From: Parcubacteria group bacterium
Lineage (GTDB): Bacteria; Patescibacteriota; Minisyncoccia; Moranbacterales; UBA2206
DNA length: 64,000 bases
Assembly (NCBI GenBank): GCA_041659505.1
Contig: JBAZYF010000001.1
Location: forward strand, 502,712-566,711
Direction: 5' to 3'
The notes below the pieces were generated by a model. The model worked only from the letters and a program-made list of their open reading frames with translations, was not told the origin of the DNA and made no database searches. Each line of letters begins with the position of its first letter. Positions within the stretch are counted from its first letter, which is position 1. This document shows, piece after piece, positions 59,514 to 64,000 of this stretch. Made by a program: the position numbers and the translations under genes.

Positions 59514-59745
59514 AAAATTTTCTCCAGCTTGAAATCGAGTAGCTAAAAATGGCGAAAGAAATTGAGTTTTGCGTCCCGGGTTAAAACTCCGCCTGGGTAA
59601 TTGAAACACGCCAATGTTGGTGGCCCAAAGGGGCAGTTGATTTCAAATCAATTTGTTTTTGATTATTTTTCACCGCAAAGTGCGGTCAAAAAACGCAACA
59701 CCTCCCATTTTCCAGGCGGAGCGCCTGGGGGGTGGGGAGAAAACC

Positions 59746-60957
59746 ATGAAATATCAGTTTGCAATTTTAGACCCCCGTCCGATTGAGGCCGCGCAAATGG
59801 CCAATAATGCAGTTTTTTCTTCGGGACGTGGGGCATTGGGAGTTGAGGTCACCGTTCCGGCTTTAGCAGCTCGGTGCAAACTGGGGAATATCGATCCCCA
59901 GCATACCGGACAGGATGATAGTTTGGCGGCCATCGAGGTCGCACTGCAGCATGTCGTCGATGTCCGTGGCGAATGCTGCGGGCATGAGCAGGAAGTTTTC
60001 TCGGATTGTGTGGAGTGTTCGCAGCCGGTGTATGAGCCGGTTGTGACGCTGGCCACTATTCGCGCCGACCTGGATTCGGTCGGGGCGATGGCTGTTCTGC
60101 TCATTCGGGCGGAATGTGAGCAGAATGATTGGGACACGTGTAATAGCGTGCCTGGGTATGGCGAGATAATACAGGAGGCGAAGGATCGGATCCGGCTTGT
60201 GGCCGAGTCTGACAAATTTGCCAGAGGCGGCTGGCCCGGTCCACGGCCGTTGCCGACGGAAGAGTCACTTTTTGACGACTCGTCCGCCTCGACCGAGTCG
60301 GACTCACGGTTGGCTCCGATGGCCGCCGCGGTTTCCGACTTCAAAATCCCGCTGGCTCAGCGGGTTGAGTGGATGAAGCGATGGCTCCTTTGGGGCGAGG
60401 AGCCGGCCGGCTACCGTGAAAAGTGGCTGGTTGAAAGAAAGGCGATCGCGCAAGCGGTTGCCAGCGGTTTCATCAAGGCTTCGGTCGCGAAGCTTTGTGG
60501 GTACTGCGGATATTACGCTGGCGTAAGTCACGTCGGCGAACTGTGCTCGCACTGCTACTGCGACGGAGGACTTGAAGTCCAGTCGATCGCGGCAGTGGTT
60601 TCCACGCACCGCGCGGCAACCAGCATCGGCTACTCATTAGCGCCGATTGTGGTGGCGCTCAATCCGGAGTTTCGGTTTGGCGGGGGTGAACCTTGTCGAA
60701 AGTTCACGGTCTGCCAGTTTACGGCAGAGTACATGGATTTACGGGCGGTGCTCGCTGAGCTTGCCGGGCTCGAGTCGGGCTGGGGAGGATCGCCAACAAT
60801 TGGCGGATCGCCCCAGGGTGTGAGCTCCATCTTGACGATTGATCAAGTCGTCGAGGTGGTGGCAAAACACCTCATCAAAAAATGTTTTTTCTGCGGAAGC
60901 TTTTTGGAAAAGCCGTACAAGGTTTGCTTTTCCTGCGGTGGAGCGCAGCCGGAATAA
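59746..60957 (+). CDS. Divergent DHH-like protein with Cys-rich zinc-finger insertions
   Basis: IDPQH, DLDS, GWGGSPTIGGSPQG shared with upstream gene; several CxxC pairs. Confidence 0.6.
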   Translation: MKYQFAILDPRPIEAAQMANNAVFSSGRGALGVEVTVPALAARCKLGNIDPQHTGQDDSLAAIEVALQHVVDVRGECCGHEQEVFSDCVECSQPVYEPVVTLATIRADLDSVGAMAVLLIRAECEQNDWDTCNSVPGYGEIIQEAKDRIRLVAESDKFARGGWPGPRPLPTEESLFDDSSASTESDSRLAPMAAAVSDFKIPLAQRVEWMKRWLLWGEEPAGYREKWLVERKAIAQAVASGFIKASVAKLCGYCGYYAGVSHVGELCSHCYCDGGLEVQSIAAVVSTHRAATSIGYSLAPIVVALNPEFRFGGGEPCRKFTVCQFTAEYMDLRAVLAELAGLESGWGGSPTIGGSPQGVSSILTIDQVVEVVAKHLIKKCFFCGSFLEKPYKVCFSCGGAQPE

Positions 60958-61032
60958 ATTTCTTTCGGAAAAATAGTTCTTTAACCTCTCCCAAGTCAAG
61001 GTGCGCTTGGGCATAAGAGGAAAATAGCACCA

Positions 61033-61140
61033 AAGTTGTAGGATTTTCGGGCAGTCACTTTGTTGCCGCTGCCCGATCTTTCCAAGTTCAGTATTTTTTC
61101 AAAAATAGTGGGCTTAGATGAGATTTTTGTTCTTTGAAAA
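61033..61140 (+). repeat. Spacer block B, copy 3
   Basis: Same core; followed by long hairpin H4 (~61149-61225). Confidence 0.9.
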
Positions 61141-61279
61141 AAAATGAAAACCAACTATTTTTCATTGTCTTATTTGAGATAATAATTTTTTTGTTGTTTC
61201 TGATGAGGCAATGGAATAGTTGTTTTTTAATCTGCCGAACCGAAAAACGGGGAGGCAAAAATAAAAAAGGAGTACGAAA

Positions 61280-62113
61280 ATGAAAAAACAGTTATTTGTT
61301 TTGGGTGGCAATGACGGTGAGATGCAGGCAATAAAAGGTTTGTTAACTGCATTCGGGCATGCCTGGGCGCAGCCCCAGATTGGCTGGGGCGAACATTTTT
61401 ATGTGCCTGCCGAATTGGGACTGGAGATTATTGATGTCCAGATTCCTGTCGGCGATAATGGTCACGGCACAGTGTATCGTGCTGGAAAGACTTGCCAGGG
61501 AATCGATGAAGTGATATTTGTCGAATGCTCCCCAAAGGATTTTCCGGCTGATCAGGCTGTGATGGTTATCGATCATCATAATGATCGGTCGGGCGAGCCG
61601 GCTGCCATCCGGCAGATGGTTGAAAAACTGAACATTTGGTCCAGGCTTAGTTCGCTGACCCAGCGATGGGTCGAGCTGGTGGCCGCCAATGACTCCGGGT
61701 ATATCCCGGCGATGCTGGCGCTTGGTGCTACGAGTAAGGAGATTGCCCGAGTACGCTTGTCCGACCGCAACGCTCAGGGCATTACGTCTGAGCAAGAAGT
61801 GGAAGCCGAGAGAGCAGTCGTGGGGGCCGAGGTTGTTGGAAAGTTGACCATCGTAAGGATGGCACATTCCAAGACAGCAACGGTCGCCGACAGACTTTTC
61901 GGCAAAGCCGACCAGCTCCTCATCCTCTCTGGCGACGGAGAGGTGAATTTCTTTGGGAACGGGGCGATCTGCTCCGAGCTTAAGGCAAAATTTGAGGGCT
62001 GGGGCGGCGGTTCCGGCTTTGGCAAGTCGGATGGCATTGGCTACTGGGGTGGTTGCCCGAACTTTGACGAAGTGTTGAGCTTCGTCAAGAGCAAGGTTAA
62101 TCCCTCTGAGTAA
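61280..62113 (+). CDS. DHH-family phosphodiesterase, NrN-like
   Basis: LGGNDGEM, IDHH, LVAANDSGYIPAM..GAT..EI..R..DR.AQG, GWGGG..GYWG; resemblance recalled from memory. Confidence 0.65.
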   Translation: MKKQLFVLGGNDGEMQAIKGLLTAFGHAWAQPQIGWGEHFYVPAELGLEIIDVQIPVGDNGHGTVYRAGKTCQGIDEVIFVECSPKDFPADQAVMVIDHHNDRSGEPAAIRQMVEKLNIWSRLSSLTQRWVELVAANDSGYIPAMLALGATSKEIARVRLSDRNAQGITSEQEVEAERAVVGAEVVGKLTIVRMAHSKTATVADRLFGKADQLLILSGDGEVNFFGNGAICSELKAKFEGWGGGSGFGKSDGIGYWGGCPNFDEVLSFVKSKVNPSE

Positions 62114-62146
62114 GGACGGCTACCCAATGCCCAAGCATGAAACACT

Positions 62147-62296
62147 AACCTTGTGCTGGCAAGAATAAAAACCAGCAGATTGTAGGGGATTCGGGATTTG
62201 AGTATTGCCGTAGGGGCAAGAAAAAAATCCCGATTCTCTCCGGTACTATTTTTCTTTTGAAAAAGTAGTTCTGGATGAGGATGAGGTTCTTTGACA
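62147..62296 (+). repeat. Spacer block B, diverged copy 4
   Basis: AACCTTGTGCTGGCAAGAATAAAAACCAGCAGATTGT identical to 56751; two stems; GGTTCTTTGACA. Confidence 0.85.
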
Positions 62297-62420
62297 TCAG
62301 AATTATTATAATCCGGGCAATCCTTGCCCATTTTGCTCTGGCTTAACCGTCAGAGAAGTGCCAACGAGGCGCCTGCAAGCGAAAGGAAAGGAAGTTAGAG
62401 TTTGCAGATGAGGAGTGATA

Positions 62421-64000
62421 ATGCCAAATTTTATATGGACCGACCATGCGGACAGGGAATCTCTTCCGATTGACGCGCATCTCGCTGAGATTTTGCGTCT
62501 CACGGAAGAAAATCAGGTAATCATTGTGGAAGCGGAAACGGGCGCAGGAAAAACGACTCGGATCCCGCAGATGCTTCTGCAGGAAACGAGTCTGCCAATT
62601 CAAATGACTCAACCTCGCCGTCCGGTTGTTCGCTGGATGGCGAAAAGAATCGCCTATGAACTGAAAGATGTTCCGGGCGGTGTTGTCGGCTGGAAACTGT
62701 TTGGAGATGATCCGGTTGTGTCAAAACGGACTCGGTGTCTTTTGAAAATCGAGCAATCTTTGGCAAACTGGATCCGGCGGAAAAATCGTCTGCCGGAGGG
62801 GATTATTATTGTGGACGAGGCGCACGAGCGTCACGTTACAACCGATACCCTTTTGATTCTTCTTAAAAAACTTTTACTGGGATCGCCAAAAACGAAGGTG
62901 ATTATTACATCCGCCACGATTGATACAGAGAGATTTTCAAAGTATTTTTGGAATGCTCCGATATTAAAAATCAGCGGTCGTTGTTATCCAGTAGAAGTTC
63001 GTCCCTATCATATGGGGAGAGGGGAGCACCACAGCCAAGGCGCAATTTGCGCCGCTGAAAAAGTAGTGGACAATTTTTTGAGGCAATGTCTCCATATTCA
63101 GGACACGCACAATGAATTTTCAAGTGTGCTTGTCGAGCGTGGAACGGTTCTGGCGTTTTTTCCTGGCGAGGAGGATATCAATTCCGCTATTTCTTCTCTC
63201 GAGCGTCATTTGCATTGGCGCAAAGAAAGGGATGAGAATCTTTCTGTTGAGGTCATCACTCTTGCGAGTGAAGCCAAAAACAAAAAAGAGGGCGGAAAAG
63301 ATGCGGAAAATATTGATGCAAAATATCGCATCGAAATTTTTCCTTGTCACGGAAAACTGACACCGGCAGAACAGGATCGCAGTCAGGGACCGGACGTTGC
63401 GCCAAATACCTTGCGCGTTATCTGCACAACAGATATCGCGCGAACAAGCGCGACATTTCCCCGAGTGGTCGGGGTTATTGATTCTTTGCAAATCAAACGG
63501 CCCTTCTCTGATTACAAAGGCGTGGCTCATTTGGACAAAATCCAGGTGAGCATGGCTGAAGCGAATCAGGCCAAAGGTCGAGCAGGTCGGACGCAACCAG
63601 GATTCTACATTCCCATTTCTTTTGAAGGGGAATATGGAAGGCTGGCAATGTGGCCAGTGCCGGCGATTTTACGGGAGCCGTTGAGCTCAATCGTGTTGCA
63701 GTTTAGCGCGGCAGGAATTAGTCCGCGCGATTGTGACTATATCGATGCACCGGATCAGCAAAAGATTGATGCGACCATCAAACGGTTGCAAAAATTGGGT
63801 GCGCTGGATTCCTATGAGCAAATCACCGAAGTTGGTGAATTGCTCGTCCAGTTTCCGATTGATCCAGAAAGGGCGAAAGCTTTGATCACTGGATCGAAAT
63901 TGGGCATTTTGCCTGAGACAATAATTGCGTCGGCGTGCATTGAGCATGAGGGATTATTTTGGATCCCCAAAACTGACGCGAAAATTGAAGTCGAGCGGTG
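62421..64000 (+). CDS. DEAH-box RNA helicase (HrpA/HrpB-like), truncated by window end; not in ORF track
   Basis: AETGAGKTT, TQPRR, DEAHER, SAT, QAKGRAGR read in frame; GAGGAG SD. Confidence 0.92.
   Translation, partial: MPNFIWTDHADRESLPIDAHLAEILRLTEENQVIIVEAETGAGKTTRIPQMLLQETSLPIQMTQPRRPVVRWMAKRIAYELKDVPGGVVGWKLFGDDPVVSKRTRCLLKIEQSLANWIRRKNRLPEGIIIVDEAHERHVTTDTLLILLKKLLLGSPKTKVIITSATIDTERFSKYFWNAPILKISGRCYPVEVRPYHMGRGEHHSQGAICAAEKVVDNFLRQCLHIQDTHNEFSSVLVERGTVLAFFPGEEDINSAISSLERHLHWRKERDENLSVEVITLASEAKNKKEGGKDAENIDAKYRIEIFPCHGKLTPAEQDRSQGPDVAPNTLRVICTTDIARTSATFPRVVGVIDSLQIKRPFSDYKGVAHLDKIQVSMAEANQAKGRAGRTQPGFYIPISFEGEYGRLAMWPVPAILREPLSSIVLQFSAAGISPRDCDYIDAPDQQKIDATIKRLQKLGALDSYEQITEVGELLVQFPIDPERAKALITGSKLGILPETIIASACIEHEGLFWIPKTDAKIEVER

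Noticed and set aside
55349-62296. CRISPR array interpretation of the repeats
   Set aside because: Units are 60-260 bp, irregularly spaced and separated by whole genes; no cas genes in the window.
55349-62296. Classical integron attC array
   Set aside because: GTTCTTT does not fit GTTRRRY, I saw no RYYYAAC-bounded attC sites, and there is no IntI tyrosine recombinase in the window.
1-64000. Alternative genetic code (TGA readthrough)
   Set aside because: Conserved genes are intact under code 11 and several genes end in TGA.

Overview
AT-rich bacterial chromosome segment, standard genetic code. Gene content (three TrmB-like regulators, VirB2/TrbC-type pilin cluster, DUF4446, short IF2) suggests a Patescibacteria/CPR (Parcubacteria-like) host; this is inference. 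1-29.4 kb is mostly housekeeping (nfo, NrnA-like DHH, rbfA, infB, nusA, ppaC, tig, clpP, gpmI, rny, HU, four tRNAs) with several families of small palindromic repeats, some inserted in frame in proteins. 29.47-44.03 kb is a satellite-like island integrated at tRNA-Gly by a large serine recombinase. It carries replication genes, a TerS-like gene, a type II R-M pair, a LexA-like repressor and a CBASS operon (HNH-SAVED, CD-NTase, E2-like). A dinB-lexA-SRAP SOS cassette follows. The most unusual part is 54.9-64 kb: a near-consensus sigma70 promoter and a ~580-nt structured leader precede a co-oriented array of small unknown genes, three DHH-like phosphoesterases and a DEAH helicase. The genes are separated by recurring modules of two covarying hairpins, a boxA-like GTTCTTTGAAA, a 26-35 bp G-U-rich RNA hairpin and a strong SD. 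All calls come from reading the sequence; no searches were run.
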